A DNA stretch of 61,647 nt from Conexivisphaerales archaeon (GTDB lineage: Archaea; Thermoproteota; Nitrososphaeria; Conexivisphaerales; DTJL01), in NCBI GenBank assembly GCA_049509455.1, contig JBEKZX010000004.1, forward strand, positions 1 to 61,647, in the 5' to 3' direction. Each line of letters begins with the position of its first letter. Within the stretch, counting starts at the first letter, position 1. Positions 32,911-43,093 of this stretch are shown piece after piece. Both the position numbers and the translations under genes were made by a program. The notes below the pieces were generated by a model. The model made no database searches. It worked only from the letters and a program-made list of their open reading frames with translations, and was not told where the DNA came from.

Positions 32911-33726
32911 TTGCTCATTGGCGTGGAGGCCACTTTAGTCAACCTCCTAGGAGGAGTGATCCTCCTGGCGATCACCGCCGCGTCATATCGCCTTCACGCG
33001 ACGGACCTCTGGGGGAGCGTGTCCGGATTCGGCATGGGCCTCCTCATAGCGCTGACTTCAGGATGGGCGTGGGTAGCGGTGCTCATCGCCTTCTTAGCCC
33101 TGGGTTCGGCCGCCACTAAATACCGGTATCAGTTCAAGCTGTCCATCCACGCTGCTGAGGAGAAGAGAGGTGCCAGAGGTATCCGCAACGTCGTCGCCAA
33201 CGGGGCCGTCGCTGCCGCTGTCTCCGTACTCAACTTCGTCAGGCCTTCTCCTGAATTTGCCGTCCTCTATGTCGCAGCCGTCGCGTCGGCGGCCGCCGAC
33301 ACCCTTGCCACCGAAATAGGCCTTCTGAGCTCGCACAAGCCCGTGATGATCAACAGACCGTCATCGACCCTGGCGCCCGGCATAAGCGGGGGCGTGACCC
33401 TCCTGGGCGAGGGGGCAGCTCTCGGAGGCGCATTGGCCATGGCGCTCTTCGGAGCCTCCGTCGGGGTGCTTCATCCCCCTCTTCCGTACCTGTTGCTAGC
33501 CGCCGTCGGCGGCTTTCTCGGCTGCAACGTCGACAGCCTCCTTGGAGGCAGCATCCAGGCCCTCTATCGCTGCCAAGTGTGTGGCGCGGCGACTGAGAAG
33601 AAGGTCCACTGCGGCCAGCCCTCGACATGGGTGAAAGGCGTGAGAGCGGTCGGGAACAACGAAGTCAACCTGCTCTCGGACCTGATCACGGCCCTGGTGG
33701 TCGGCGCCATCGCCTTCGCCGTCTGA
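32911..33726 (+). CDS. DUF92 (TMEM19-like) membrane protein with Cys-rich insert
   Basis: NVVANG, ADTLATEIG, SGGVTLLG, DSLLG, CQVC..HCG, NNEVN. Confidence 0.88.
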   Translation: MLIGVEATLVNLLGGVILLAITAASYRLHATDLWGSVSGFGMGLLIALTSGWAWVAVLIAFLALGSAATKYRYQFKLSIHAAEEKRGARGIRNVVANGAVAAAVSVLNFVRPSPEFAVLYVAAVASAAADTLATEIGLLSSHKPVMINRPSSTLAPGISGGVTLLGEGAALGGALAMALFGASVGVLHPPLPYLLLAAVGGFLGCNVDSLLGGSIQALYRCQVCGAATEKKVHCGQPSTWVKGVRAVGNNEVNLLSDLITALVVGAIAFAV

Positions 33727-33797
33727 ATCCGACGCGATGTGCGAAGCGCGGGCTGCCGCCTCGAGCCACGCTAGGACGCTCGGAAGGCGGAGGGGCG

Positions 33798-34544
33798 CTA
33801 TTCCCACTGATGCCTCTCGGACGCCTTCAGCTTCATGAGCGCGATAAGGAGGCCACTGTGCTTTTCTTCATCGGCCTTCACCGATTCCAAGACCGTCTGC
33901 ACGAGATCGTCGTGCACGATCAGCTTGACTCCGTCCAGGCTGTGAACGTGCGCCACTTGCTCATACGACAGGAGCTTCTTCAGCGTCTCTTCTGGAGGGA
34001 GATCCATCTCCTCCCCCTTGCCGTTTTCCAGCCTGCTTATGACGGTCATCAGGATGTCCGCATGCCTTATGCTGTCGCTCGCTATCTGTCGGAAGACCAG
34101 TCTGACCAGGTTGTTCCTGATCTGGGTGGCGACGCTCATGAACAGCTCGGCCGCCTCCTGTTCCGCCTGCAGCCGCCTCCTCAAGGCTTCGAGGTTCAGC
34201 TCTCTTTCGTGGGAGGAGGCATCAGTCTCGTCGCTTCTGGTAAGGGGCTTCCGGTCGACGATGCTGGAGATCTGGTAGGCTAGCTCGAAGAACTCCGCCG
34301 GTATCGCCTTGGGGGTTCTGATGGCCACCTTTTCACAAAATGCATCGATGAGGAGGGTCACGTCGCTCCTGGATAGGACCTTTACGGGCCTCGACGCTCT
34401 GCCGCCCTTCAAGTACTGGGTGACCGCTGATGGGCTGATTCCAAGCGCCTTCGCGACGTCCTTCTGCTTGAGCCCGTGCCTCTCCACCAAGCGGTGGGCG
34501 AGGAGGGACCGGAGCCCTGGAATCAGCTCCTCTACGTTCATCAA
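33798..34544 (-). CDS. HTH regulator fused to a ferritin/rubrerythrin-like domain
   Basis: QKDVAKALGISPSAVTQYLKGGR; E..DSIRH..E..DEEKH pattern. Confidence 0.8.
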   Translation of the reverse strand: MMNVEELIPGLRSLLAHRLVERHGLKQKDVAKALGISPSAVTQYLKGGRASRPVKVLSRSDVTLLIDAFCEKVAIRTPKAIPAEFFELAYQISSIVDRKPLTRSDETDASSHERELNLEALRRRLQAEQEAAELFMSVATQIRNNLVRLVFRQIASDSIRHADILMTVISRLENGKGEEMDLPPEETLKKLLSYEQVAHVHSLDGVKLIVHDDLVQTVLESVKADEEKHSGLLIALMKLKASERHQWE

Positions 34545-34782
34545 GACCTGGTAGATTTACAGAGTCAATTAAAGCTTGCGGAACCAAGCTGGGCCATCTT
34601 TACAGCGACGAAGGACATGTAAATTCACTCAGTCAAATGGGGCTTTGACAGCGTTAAGGTGAAATAGTCGCAGCCCCGTCATGGCTATCCGAAGGGACGC
34701 AGAGAAACTTGCCGCATCTGACTTCCGGCCTAGTCGAGCATGCATGTCTTGCTTGCGCCGGCGAGCCGGGAAGGCGGCTCCG

Positions 34783-35973
34783 ATGAACGCCCCTCCGTCC
34801 ATGCGTGACTGGCTGAGGATCTTCGGCCCCGCTTGGCTGGTCATGATGGCCGACATCGACGTCGCCTCGATAGTGACGGGGCTGCAAGCCGGTGCTTCCT
34901 GGGGATACCATATGGTTTTCATAATGATAGCCCTGACCTTGCCGCTCTTCGTGATCCAGGACGCGGCAGGTCGTCTGGGGACGGTGGGCGGACTGGGCCT
35001 GGGCGAGGCCATCTCGAAGTACTACGGGCGGAAGGTGGCTGCCATCGCGGCGCTCCCCATGGCCGTCTCTGACTTCTTGCAGTACGTAGCGGAGTATGCG
35101 GGCATGGCGATTGGGTGCAGCTTGATAGGTTTCCCTGTCCTCCTCGGCCTGGCCATGGTCTACACGGTCCACACCGCCATAGTGGTCGGCAGAAGGTACA
35201 GGCAGGCCGAAGTAATCCTGATACCCCTAAGTTTCGTGGTGGTCGCCAGCATCGCCGTCTCCACGTTCTTCTTCCCATACGACCTTACGAAGGTCCTGAG
35301 CATAGGCCTGACCCCCCTTCAGCCCTACGGAAACCCTTCGTTCGACTTCCTGATGGCAGCCAGCATAGGCGCCGTGATCATGCCGTGGATGCTCTACTTC
35401 CATTCGGGCGCGGACTCGCGGAAGAAGCTGAAGGCTGGGGACCTCAAGCTCGAAAGAATGGAGACCCTGATCGGCGCCATCGCCTCTGAAGTGCTGATGG
35501 CGGTGATCGTCCTCGACGGGGCGCACCTTTCCAGCACGGGCAACTTCGTCAGCTACTCGTCCCTCGCGCAGAGCCTCCTCCCCCTGGGCGCCAACGCGCC
35601 GCTCGTCATGGGGCTGGGCTTCATCTTCGCCGGTTTCCTGGCGCTGGTGGTCATCTCCCTGGGCTCGGCCTGGGGCGTCCTAGAGGCTTTACGCTGGAAG
35701 TCGAAGAGTTCGTTCCTGTGGGTGTACGCCCTTGAGAGCCTTCCTGCGGTCCTCGTAGTCCTCCTGGCCGGCGGCTACATCAAGCTCATGCTGAACCTGA
35801 TGGTGATCTACACGATAATCGTGATACCCTCCCTCTTCTTCCTGGGCAGGCTTATCTCCAGCCCTTCCTTGATGAACGGGAAGCACTACGGGCGCCGTGA
35901 AATGGTCCTCTTCTGGGCCATGTCGGCCTCCGTCGTTGTGGGCGGCGTCCTCGGCCTGATGTCCTTCGCCTAG
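34783..35973 (+). CDS. NRAMP-family divalent cation transporter with non-canonical motifs
   Basis: FGPAWLVMMADIDVAS, AEYAG, GAVIMPWMLYFH, ~11 TM segments. Confidence 0.85.
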   Translation: MNAPPSMRDWLRIFGPAWLVMMADIDVASIVTGLQAGASWGYHMVFIMIALTLPLFVIQDAAGRLGTVGGLGLGEAISKYYGRKVAAIAALPMAVSDFLQYVAEYAGMAIGCSLIGFPVLLGLAMVYTVHTAIVVGRRYRQAEVILIPLSFVVVASIAVSTFFFPYDLTKVLSIGLTPLQPYGNPSFDFLMAASIGAVIMPWMLYFHSGADSRKKLKAGDLKLERMETLIGAIASEVLMAVIVLDGAHLSSTGNFVSYSSLAQSLLPLGANAPLVMGLGFIFAGFLALVVISLGSAWGVLEALRWKSKSSFLWVYALESLPAVLVVLLAGGYIKLMLNLMVIYTIIVIPSLFFLGRLISSPSLMNGKHYGRREMVLFWAMSASVVVGGVLGLMSFA

Positions 35974-36047
35974 AACCGAGCCGTGACGCTCACCAAGGCG
36001 CATGCCCCACCCCCGCGCCTTCCGACTATGACGTCTCGCTGAGCCAC

Positions 36048-36354
36048 TCATTGAGGAACTTCTTCATCGGGGGCGCCCATGTCGTCCCTGACGACCGCCA
36101 GCTTGTTCACGCCGAGTTCGGTGATCCTGTAGTACTTGTGCGGCTTGCCATGCTCGTTGCGCTCTTCGGCGCCCAGGTAGCCGGCGTCAGCCAGCTCGGC
36201 CAGGACCGGATATAACCTCCCCGCGCTTAGCTCGTGACCGTGCTGCAGCTCGAGGTTCATGAAGTCGTCACCGCTCATGGAGACGTTCCGGCACGCCCGA
36301 AGGGCAGTAGACCCTGAAGAGTCCACGCTCTAGCAGCATGGTCAGCCGTATCAT
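36048..36354 (-). pseudogene. PadR-family regulator, frameshifted near the N-terminus
   Basis: SAGRLYPVL..L...GYL...KYYRITELG; upstream MIRLTMLLERGLFRVY lies in a different frame. Confidence 0.65.
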
Positions 36355-36392
36355 ATTGCCTCCAAAGGTCTATAATTGATATGAAAGAGTTT

Positions 36393-38087
36393 CTATTTGC
36401 TTCGCAGCAGCTCTTCGAGCTTCGACAGAAGAGCCTCCCTGGCGACTGAAACCTGCGCCCAAGAGTCCCTGTCCCTGATGGTTACGACCCCTTTGGATAT
36501 TGTGTCGTGGTCCACGGTCACCGCGAAGGGGGCCCCTATCTCGTCCAGGCGGGCGTACCTCTTTCCGATGGAGCCCGACTCATCGTAGAAGGTGCTAATC
36601 CCCCGGGCCTCCAGAGATGCCCGGATGCGCAACGCCTCTTCAATCATCTCGTCTTTTGAAAGCAGCGGAAGGACGCCCACCTGCACAGGCGCGATGCGAC
36701 AAGGGAACCTCAGTACGTTGCGACCCTCCCTTACCTGTAGGTTCAATGCCATGGTGGCCAGCAGGATTCGGTCCAGCCCAAAGCTCGGCTCCACCACGTG
36801 TGGGACGAATTTCTTGGAGGCCATCACGTCCTCCCTGGTGGTCGACCGCACCACGGCGGCCATTAGAGGGATCCCTCCGAGCTCCTTCGGGACCTCCTTC
36901 TCCCTAGCATCCTCCTTCAGGGAAGCATACGCCTTCAGCAGGTCCTTCCAAGTGTCCGGATAGTTCTCCTTGACGGCTGGCACGTCGAGGCTCCAGATGA
37001 TCCTGGTCACCTTCTTGGGCTCCGAATACTGGACCGAAACAGAGTAGTCCGCACCGGTCTTCTTCATGTGCGACATGAGGTCGTAATCCGTCCTGTATGC
37101 GTTCCCCGCCACCTCGACCCAGCCCCAACCCTCCAAGAGGACCTCAAGGTCGTACGTCTGGGCGGAGTAGTGCGCCCTCTCTCCTTTGAGCTTGGCCTTG
37201 AACCTCTGCTTCTCTGCGGGGATGCCCAGCCTGCACAGGAACAGCTTCGAGAGCCCCATGAAGTAGCCCAGCCAGGGAGTCTTGATATGCCCTTTCGCCA
37301 GGGCCTCTCTCACGCTCTCAGTGACGGTGTCTTCCACGCCAGCCTCGACGGCCTCTTCGGTCAGGACGTTAAGGGCCTCATCCTCGACATACTTCAGGAA
37401 GCCACACCGTGGCTCGTCGGGGTCAAAGAACAGCTCGACCTCGGCCATGTGGAACTCCCTCATCCGCACCAGCGACTGGCGCGGGGAGATTTCATTCCTG
37501 AACCCCCGGCCCACCTGGGCCACGCCAAAGGGGATACCGCCGCGGCCGACTTCGAATAGGCGTTTGAACTCCACGAAGATGTTCTGAGCCGTTTCTGGGC
37601 GCAGGTAGCCCACAGCGTCGCTGTAGGGCCCCAATACCGTCTGGAACATCGTCAAAAACGGGCGAACGCTCCAGTTCAACTCCTTGCATTCCGGACACCT
37701 GACCTTCTCCTCCCCTAGCTTGTTCTCGATTGCCTCGGGGGACGTGCCTTCGCTCACCCGAAGACCCGCGTCCGCCAAGAGATGGTCGGCCCTGAACTTC
37801 CTGTGGCACGCCAAGCATTCAGCCATGGGGTCCTTGAAGTTGGCCACGTGGCCGGAGGCCTGAAGCACCTGCTCGGGCACGATCTCGGGACCGTCAATCT
37901 CGAAGAATTCATGGGGGCTTACGAACGTCTCCCTCCAGACCGAGACGATGTTTTCACGCGTCTTCATCCCGCTATCGCCGAAGACGAAGAGGCCGGCCGA
38001 GCCGCCGTACGTCTCATAAGCCGGCCAGAAGAAGCCCCTCCTCCTGGCTATGTCGAGGACCTTGTCAATGCTTCCCGACTGCGACAT
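36393..38087 (-). CDS. glyS: Glycine--tRNA ligase (alpha2 type)
   Basis: RRGFF, LRPETAQ, FRNEISPR, RAHYS, EPSFGLDR, SIGKRYAR. Confidence 0.96.
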   Translation of the reverse strand: MSQSGSIDKVLDIARRRGFFWPAYETYGGSAGLFVFGDSGMKTRENIVSVWRETFVSPHEFFEIDGPEIVPEQVLQASGHVANFKDPMAECLACHRKFRADHLLADAGLRVSEGTSPEAIENKLGEEKVRCPECKELNWSVRPFLTMFQTVLGPYSDAVGYLRPETAQNIFVEFKRLFEVGRGGIPFGVAQVGRGFRNEISPRQSLVRMREFHMAEVELFFDPDEPRCGFLKYVEDEALNVLTEEAVEAGVEDTVTESVREALAKGHIKTPWLGYFMGLSKLFLCRLGIPAEKQRFKAKLKGERAHYSAQTYDLEVLLEGWGWVEVAGNAYRTDYDLMSHMKKTGADYSVSVQYSEPKKVTRIIWSLDVPAVKENYPDTWKDLLKAYASLKEDAREKEVPKELGGIPLMAAVVRSTTREDVMASKKFVPHVVEPSFGLDRILLATMALNLQVREGRNVLRFPCRIAPVQVGVLPLLSKDEMIEEALRIRASLEARGISTFYDESGSIGKRYARLDEIGAPFAVTVDHDTISKGVVTIRDRDSWAQVSVAREALLSKLEELLRSK

Positions 38088-38202
38088 CGACCGAATTCTT
38101 GCTGAAGTGCGCTCTTAAACGTATCCAATCCAACTTGCGTGAAGAGTGACGCTCTCCGGGGTCTAATGCACCCTAGAACTTGTGAAACCACGGAACGTCC
38201 GA

Positions 38203-39531
38203 TCAGCGACGCCGAAAGCTGCCGGCATGGCTCTTCAGGAGCTCGGAAAGTGGCGGGGTGGAGGCGTCTCTGGCCACAAACTTCACCCTCGCCACGGGTT
38301 TCTCTATGTGAATCACCAGCGCAAGGTTGGCCGGCGTGCCCAACAGCACGGCGTCGCACGGGACTCCGTTAATGGAATCCTGCAGGTCCTTGAGCTGCTC
38401 CTTGCTGTACCCCAACGACGGCATCACCGGCCCCATCTGCCTGAACTTCGAATACGCCTCCCTTATCGAACCCACAGCGTAGCTCCTCGGGTCGACCAGC
38501 TTGGCGCCCCAAAGACGGGCTGCCCTGGCGCCCACGGCCTCTGAAAGTCCCCCGTGAGTCACCGACGGCCCGTCCTCCACGACCAGCACTTCCTTCCCCC
38601 TGACCAGCTCCGGCCTGTCGATAGTCTCGACCGACTCGGTGAGCGCGATCTCGGCCTCCGGGTTGAGCCCTCTGGCCGCGGCAACGGTCGCTTCGGTTTC
38701 CTGCTTGGCCACCACGTTGACTTTGTTGACCACTATGATATCCGCCATGCGGATGTTCGCCTCTCCCGGATGGTACTTCGCCTCCTGTCCCGGCCGCGTC
38801 GGGTCCAGCACTGTTATCGTCAGGTCGGGCCTGTAGAACGACATGTCGTTGTTGCCACCGTCCCATAGCACGAGGTCCCCCTCCCTCTCCGCCTGCCGCA
38901 GGATCAGTTCGTAGTCTATGCCCGAATAGATCACCCCTCCCTGTTCGACATGCTGCTCGTATTCCTCCATCTCCTCCACTGTAATCCCCGATTTCACGAC
39001 GTCGTCGACGGTGGCATATCTCTCGACGGCCTTCTCGAAGTTACCGTAGGGCATGGGATGCCTTACGACTACGGGTTTCCACCCCAAACCCGAAAGACAG
39101 CCAAAGACGTATCGAGAGATGGTGCTCTTGCCTACACCCGTCCTGCTCCCCACAACCGCGACCACAGGTCTGCTGGAGGCGATCATGGTGTCCTTGGGCC
39201 CAAGGAGGTGAAAGGAGGCACCCTTGGCCAGCACGGTCGACGCCAGATGCATGACATATTCGTGGGGGACGTCGCTATATGAGAAGAAGGCGTCATCTGC
39301 ATCATATTTCTCAATCAAGGCTGTCAGTTCGGACTCCGGGACGATAGGCACGCCCCTGGGGTATCTCGCCCCCGAGAGCGATGGCGGATACGTCCGGTTG
39401 GAGATGTATGGGATCTGGGTGGCCGTGAAGGCCACCACTTCATAGGCCGGGTTCTCCCGGAAGAACACGTTGAAATTGTGGAAATCTCGCCCCGCCGCCC
39501 CAAGGATTATCGCCCGCCTAGGCCGGTTCAT
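38203..39531 (-). CDS. P-loop NTPase of the cyclic-2,3-diphosphoglycerate synthetase-like family (COG2403)
   Basis: GAAGRDFHNFN, RTGVGKS, RHPMPYG, WDGGNND, EDGPSVTHGG. Confidence 0.85.
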   Translation of the reverse strand: MNRPRRAIILGAAGRDFHNFNVFFRENPAYEVVAFTATQIPYISNRTYPPSLSGARYPRGVPIVPESELTALIEKYDADDAFFSYSDVPHEYVMHLASTVLAKGASFHLLGPKDTMIASSRPVVAVVGSRTGVGKSTISRYVFGCLSGLGWKPVVVRHPMPYGNFEKAVERYATVDDVVKSGITVEEMEEYEQHVEQGGVIYSGIDYELILRQAEREGDLVLWDGGNNDMSFYRPDLTITVLDPTRPGQEAKYHPGEANIRMADIIVVNKVNVVAKQETEATVAAARGLNPEAEIALTESVETIDRPELVRGKEVLVVEDGPSVTHGGLSEAVGARAARLWGAKLVDPRSYAVGSIREAYSKFRQMGPVMPSLGYSKEQLKDLQDSINGVPCDAVLLGTPANLALVIHIEKPVARVKFVARDASTPPLSELLKSHAGSFRRR

Positions 39532-39742
39532 GGATGAAGTGCGGAGCCTGCGGATATAAAAATGGCCTTGCCTGATTCGGGACCTTTGAGGACGGTATCG
39601 GGTGAGATAACGACGGATAACGCAGTTCCGCAGGGGAGTGAGCCAGGTGTCTTCGACCCAAGCGGAAGGGACCCGCCAGCCGACACTTTTGGCTACACAC
39701 ATAAATCAGTTGAAGGACCCAGGTCAGGTGGGTGGTTAAGCC

Positions 39743-41035
39743 TTGAAGGAAGTTGAATGGTACACTGACTTCCTTGACCTCAAACATAGGCCGTCGAAGC
39801 ATGAGCTGGTGGCCGTCTTCAGGGTGAGACCCTCAAGGGGGTTCTCGCTGGACCAAGTGGCGGGACGAGTGGCTTCGGAGAGCAGTGTGGGTACGTGGAC
39901 CACCCTCACCACGGTCACGCCAAACGTCAGGAGGATCATGGCCCGTGCCTTCAGGGAGGAGGGGAAGTATGTATTCATCTCCTACCCCCCGGAGCTCTTC
40001 GAGCCTGGGAACATGCCCCAGGTGATGAGCAGCATTGCCGGCAACGTCTTCGGGATGAAAGCGCTCAGGAGCCTTAGGCTGGTGGACGTCTTCTGGCCGG
40101 AGGAGATAGTAAGATCGTTCAAGGGACCGGGCTTCGGGATACCGGGGATCAGGAGCTTCATGAAAGTGAAGGAGCGCCCGCTCACCGCCTCCGTCCCGAA
40201 ACCCAAGCTGGGGCTCACCTACCAGGAGCATGCCCGTCATGGCTATGAGGCTTGGTTGGGCGGGTTGGACCTCCTGAAGGATGACGAAAACCTGACCAGT
40301 CAAAGTTTCAACCCCTTCGAGGAGAGGGCTAGGGAGACATTCAGGTGGAGGGACAAGGCCGAGAAGGAGACCGGAGAGAGGAAGAGCTATCTCATCAACG
40401 TCACCGGCGAGACGAACGAGATGATCCGGCGGGCGAAGCTCGTGAAGGCCTTGGGCGGCGAATACATCATGATCGACGTCCTGACCGCCGGCTGGGCGGC
40501 CCTGCAGACCTTGAGGGAGACGGCGGGGGATCTCGGCCTGGCCATCCACGCCCACCGCGCGTTCCACGCCGCGTTCACCCGGAACCCGAATCAGGGCATG
40601 AGCATGGCGGTCGTGGCCGAGACCTGTCGGCTCATAGGCGTCGACCAGCTACATATAGGCACAGCCATAGGTAAACTGGAAGCTTCGAAGGCCGAGGTGA
40701 AGACCCTCAAGGAGAAGATCACGGCTCCTTCGAGCAAGGGTCATGGCCACCTCCTGGCTGCCGAGTGGCACGGAGCTAAGCCCGTCTTTCCTGTCAGCTC
40801 TGGCGGCCTTCACGTTGGCCTGGTCCGTCCCCTCTTCGACATCCTCGGCACGAACATCGTCGTTCAGCTCGGAGGAGGCATCTGGGGTCATCCGTCGGGA
40901 GGAAGGGCAGGCGCCAAGGCACTCCGGGACGCCATCGACGCCTACCTTGAGGGGGTGTCGGTGGAGGAGTACGCCGAGAGGAGCAGGGAGCTCAGGGAGG
41001 CCCTGGGGAAGTGGGGGACTTCTTCCTTCAAGTAG
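39743..41035 (+). CDS. rbcL: RuBisCO large subunit, form III
   Basis: ESSVGTWT, KPKLGL, DLLKDDEN, HAHRAFH, HIGT..GKLE, SSGG, GGGIWGHP. Confidence 0.95.
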   Translation: MKEVEWYTDFLDLKHRPSKHELVAVFRVRPSRGFSLDQVAGRVASESSVGTWTTLTTVTPNVRRIMARAFREEGKYVFISYPPELFEPGNMPQVMSSIAGNVFGMKALRSLRLVDVFWPEEIVRSFKGPGFGIPGIRSFMKVKERPLTASVPKPKLGLTYQEHARHGYEAWLGGLDLLKDDENLTSQSFNPFEERARETFRWRDKAEKETGERKSYLINVTGETNEMIRRAKLVKALGGEYIMIDVLTAGWAALQTLRETAGDLGLAIHAHRAFHAAFTRNPNQGMSMAVVAETCRLIGVDQLHIGTAIGKLEASKAEVKTLKEKITAPSSKGHGHLLAAEWHGAKPVFPVSSGGLHVGLVRPLFDILGTNIVVQLGGGIWGHPSGGRAGAKALRDAIDAYLEGVSVEEYAERSRELREALGKWGTSSFK

Positions 41036-41129
41036 TGTGACGATGCCTGAAGGAGTAAGAGCGTAATATCGTCGTTCCGTTATTTTACAACTTCCAGTCG
41101 AATAAACCCTAAAATAGCTCTTAGGGCGT

Positions 41130-43037
41130 TTGTGTACCCTTGAGGAATTCTTGACAGCCATCGAGACCAGCGCGTCGGGCTTTCTCAAAGGCCGTTTGTC
41201 GCCCAGGGACTTTGCCCGCCTCGAAGCGATCCACAGCGACGACGTCTTGAAATTCGTCGCAGAGTATGTCGAGCTCTGCGACCCTGCCAGCGTCTACGTC
41301 TCAGCGAGCACACCTGAAGACCTGGAGTTCGTCAGGGGCGCGGCTGTCGCCGACGGGGAGGAGTTCCGACTACCGATCGATGGTCATACAGCCCACTTCG
41401 AGAATTATTATGACCAGGGGAGGGACCGAGAGCACACCCAGATATTGGTCCCGGGGGGTGCAAACCTGGGCCCCGGCATCAGGACAGGAGACAGGCTAGA
41501 GGGAATCAAAGAGATGCGGTCGCTCCTCAGTGGCATCATGAAGGGCCGCCGCATGTTCGTCTCGTTCTACTGCCTTGGTCCCGTCGGCTCGGCCTTCTCA
41601 ATCCCCTGCGTCCAGTTGACCGACTCCAGCTACGTCGTCCACAGCGAGAACATCCTCTACCGTCAGGGGTACGAGGAGTTCCTCCTTCAGGGAGCCGCCG
41701 CCAAGCCCTTCAGGTCCGTGCATTCAGAAGGGGAGCTCGACGAGCGCAAGACCTGCAAGAACCTAGACAGGAGGAGGATCTACATCGACCTCGATGGAGA
41801 GACTGTCTACAGCGTCAACACACAGTACGGAGGCAACTCCATCGGACTGAAGAAGCTCGCCATGAGGCTGGCCATCCTAAGAGCGTCCAAAGAGGGATGG
41901 CTCACCGAGCACATGTTAGTGATGGGTGTCAACGGCCCCGGGGGGAGAAGGACCTACTTTACCGGCGCGTTCCCGTCGATGTGCGGGAAGACTTCCACCG
42001 CCATGCTCGAAGGAGAGAGGATCGTCGGCGACGACATCGCCTACCTCCGCAGGGTGGACGGACGCGTGCGAGCCGTCAACGTCGAGAAGGGCGTGTTCGG
42101 CATCATCCAGGGGATCAATCCGAAGGACGACTCCATTCAGTGGAAGGTCCTCCACGGCCCGGGGGAGATCATATTTTCAAACGTACTCGTGACTCGCGAT
42201 GGAGGCGTCTTCTGGGACGGGAGTGGCGGAGCGCCGCCGCCCGCAGGGCAGAACCACAGCGGCGAATGGTGGCCGGGGAAGAAGGACGAGAAGGGGAAGG
42301 AGATACCCGTGTCTCACATGAACGCCCGATTCACCGTTTCACTGGACCTGTTCAGCAACCTGGACCCGGTCATCGATGACGCCGCCGGCGTGCAGGTGGG
42401 CGCCATCGTCTACGGCGGACGCGACTCCGACACCTGCGCCCCCGTGGAAGAGTCGTTGGGATGGGACCACGGAATAGTCACCTTCGGCGCGTGCCTCGAA
42501 TCCGAGACCACCGCTGCAATCCTGGGGAAGGAGGGGGTTCGGGAGTTCAACCCTATGTCAAATCTCGACTTCCTATCCATTCCGGTGGGAAGGTATGTCG
42601 AGGACAATATCAGGTTTGGCCAGGGCCTCGCGCATCCTCCGAGGATATTCGGAGTGAACTACTTCCTCAGGAGCAAGGAAGGGAAGTTCCTCAACGACAA
42701 GACGGACAAGCGCGTCTGGTTCAAGTGGATGGAGCTCCGGACGCATGATGACGTGGGCGTCATCGAAACGCCGACCGGAAGGATGCCTCTCTATTCCGAT
42801 CTCAGGAGGCTTTTCGCCGATGTCCTGGGGAAGGACTACTCCTTGGAGGCCTACGAAGTGCAGTTCATGCTCAGGGTCGCGGAAAGGATGGCGAAGCTGG
42901 ACAGGATAGAGCATACGTTCAGGGGAATGGACCATGTCCCTATGAGGCTCTATGACATCATCGGGAAGCAGCGCGCCAGGCTCCTCGACGCCCGCTCCAG
43001 GCATGGCGACTACGTCAAGCCCTCACAGCTGTCCTGA
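41130..43037 (+). CDS. pckG: Phosphoenolpyruvate carboxykinase (GTP)
   Basis: YGGNSIGLKK, WLTEHM, AFPSMCGKTS, VGDDIA, NARFT. Confidence 0.94.
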   Translation: MCTLEEFLTAIETSASGFLKGRLSPRDFARLEAIHSDDVLKFVAEYVELCDPASVYVSASTPEDLEFVRGAAVADGEEFRLPIDGHTAHFENYYDQGRDREHTQILVPGGANLGPGIRTGDRLEGIKEMRSLLSGIMKGRRMFVSFYCLGPVGSAFSIPCVQLTDSSYVVHSENILYRQGYEEFLLQGAAAKPFRSVHSEGELDERKTCKNLDRRRIYIDLDGETVYSVNTQYGGNSIGLKKLAMRLAILRASKEGWLTEHMLVMGVNGPGGRRTYFTGAFPSMCGKTSTAMLEGERIVGDDIAYLRRVDGRVRAVNVEKGVFGIIQGINPKDDSIQWKVLHGPGEIIFSNVLVTRDGGVFWDGSGGAPPPAGQNHSGEWWPGKKDEKGKEIPVSHMNARFTVSLDLFSNLDPVIDDAAGVQVGAIVYGGRDSDTCAPVEESLGWDHGIVTFGACLESETTAAILGKEGVREFNPMSNLDFLSIPVGRYVEDNIRFGQGLAHPPRIFGVNYFLRSKEGKFLNDKTDKRVWFKWMELRTHDDVGVIETPTGRMPLYSDLRRLFADVLGKDYSLEAYEVQFMLRVAERMAKLDRIEHTFRGMDHVPMRLYDIIGKQRARLLDARSRHGDYVKPSQLS

Positions 43038-43093
43038 CGAAGGCCTGATCCAGGGCAGCGCAGCTCATATTAGCAACTTGCTCGGTCGTCTCC

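Noticed and set aside
39743-41035. RuBisCO-like protein (form IV)
   Set aside because: KDDE, HRAFH and the loop-6 Lys are all intact, so it is a true form III
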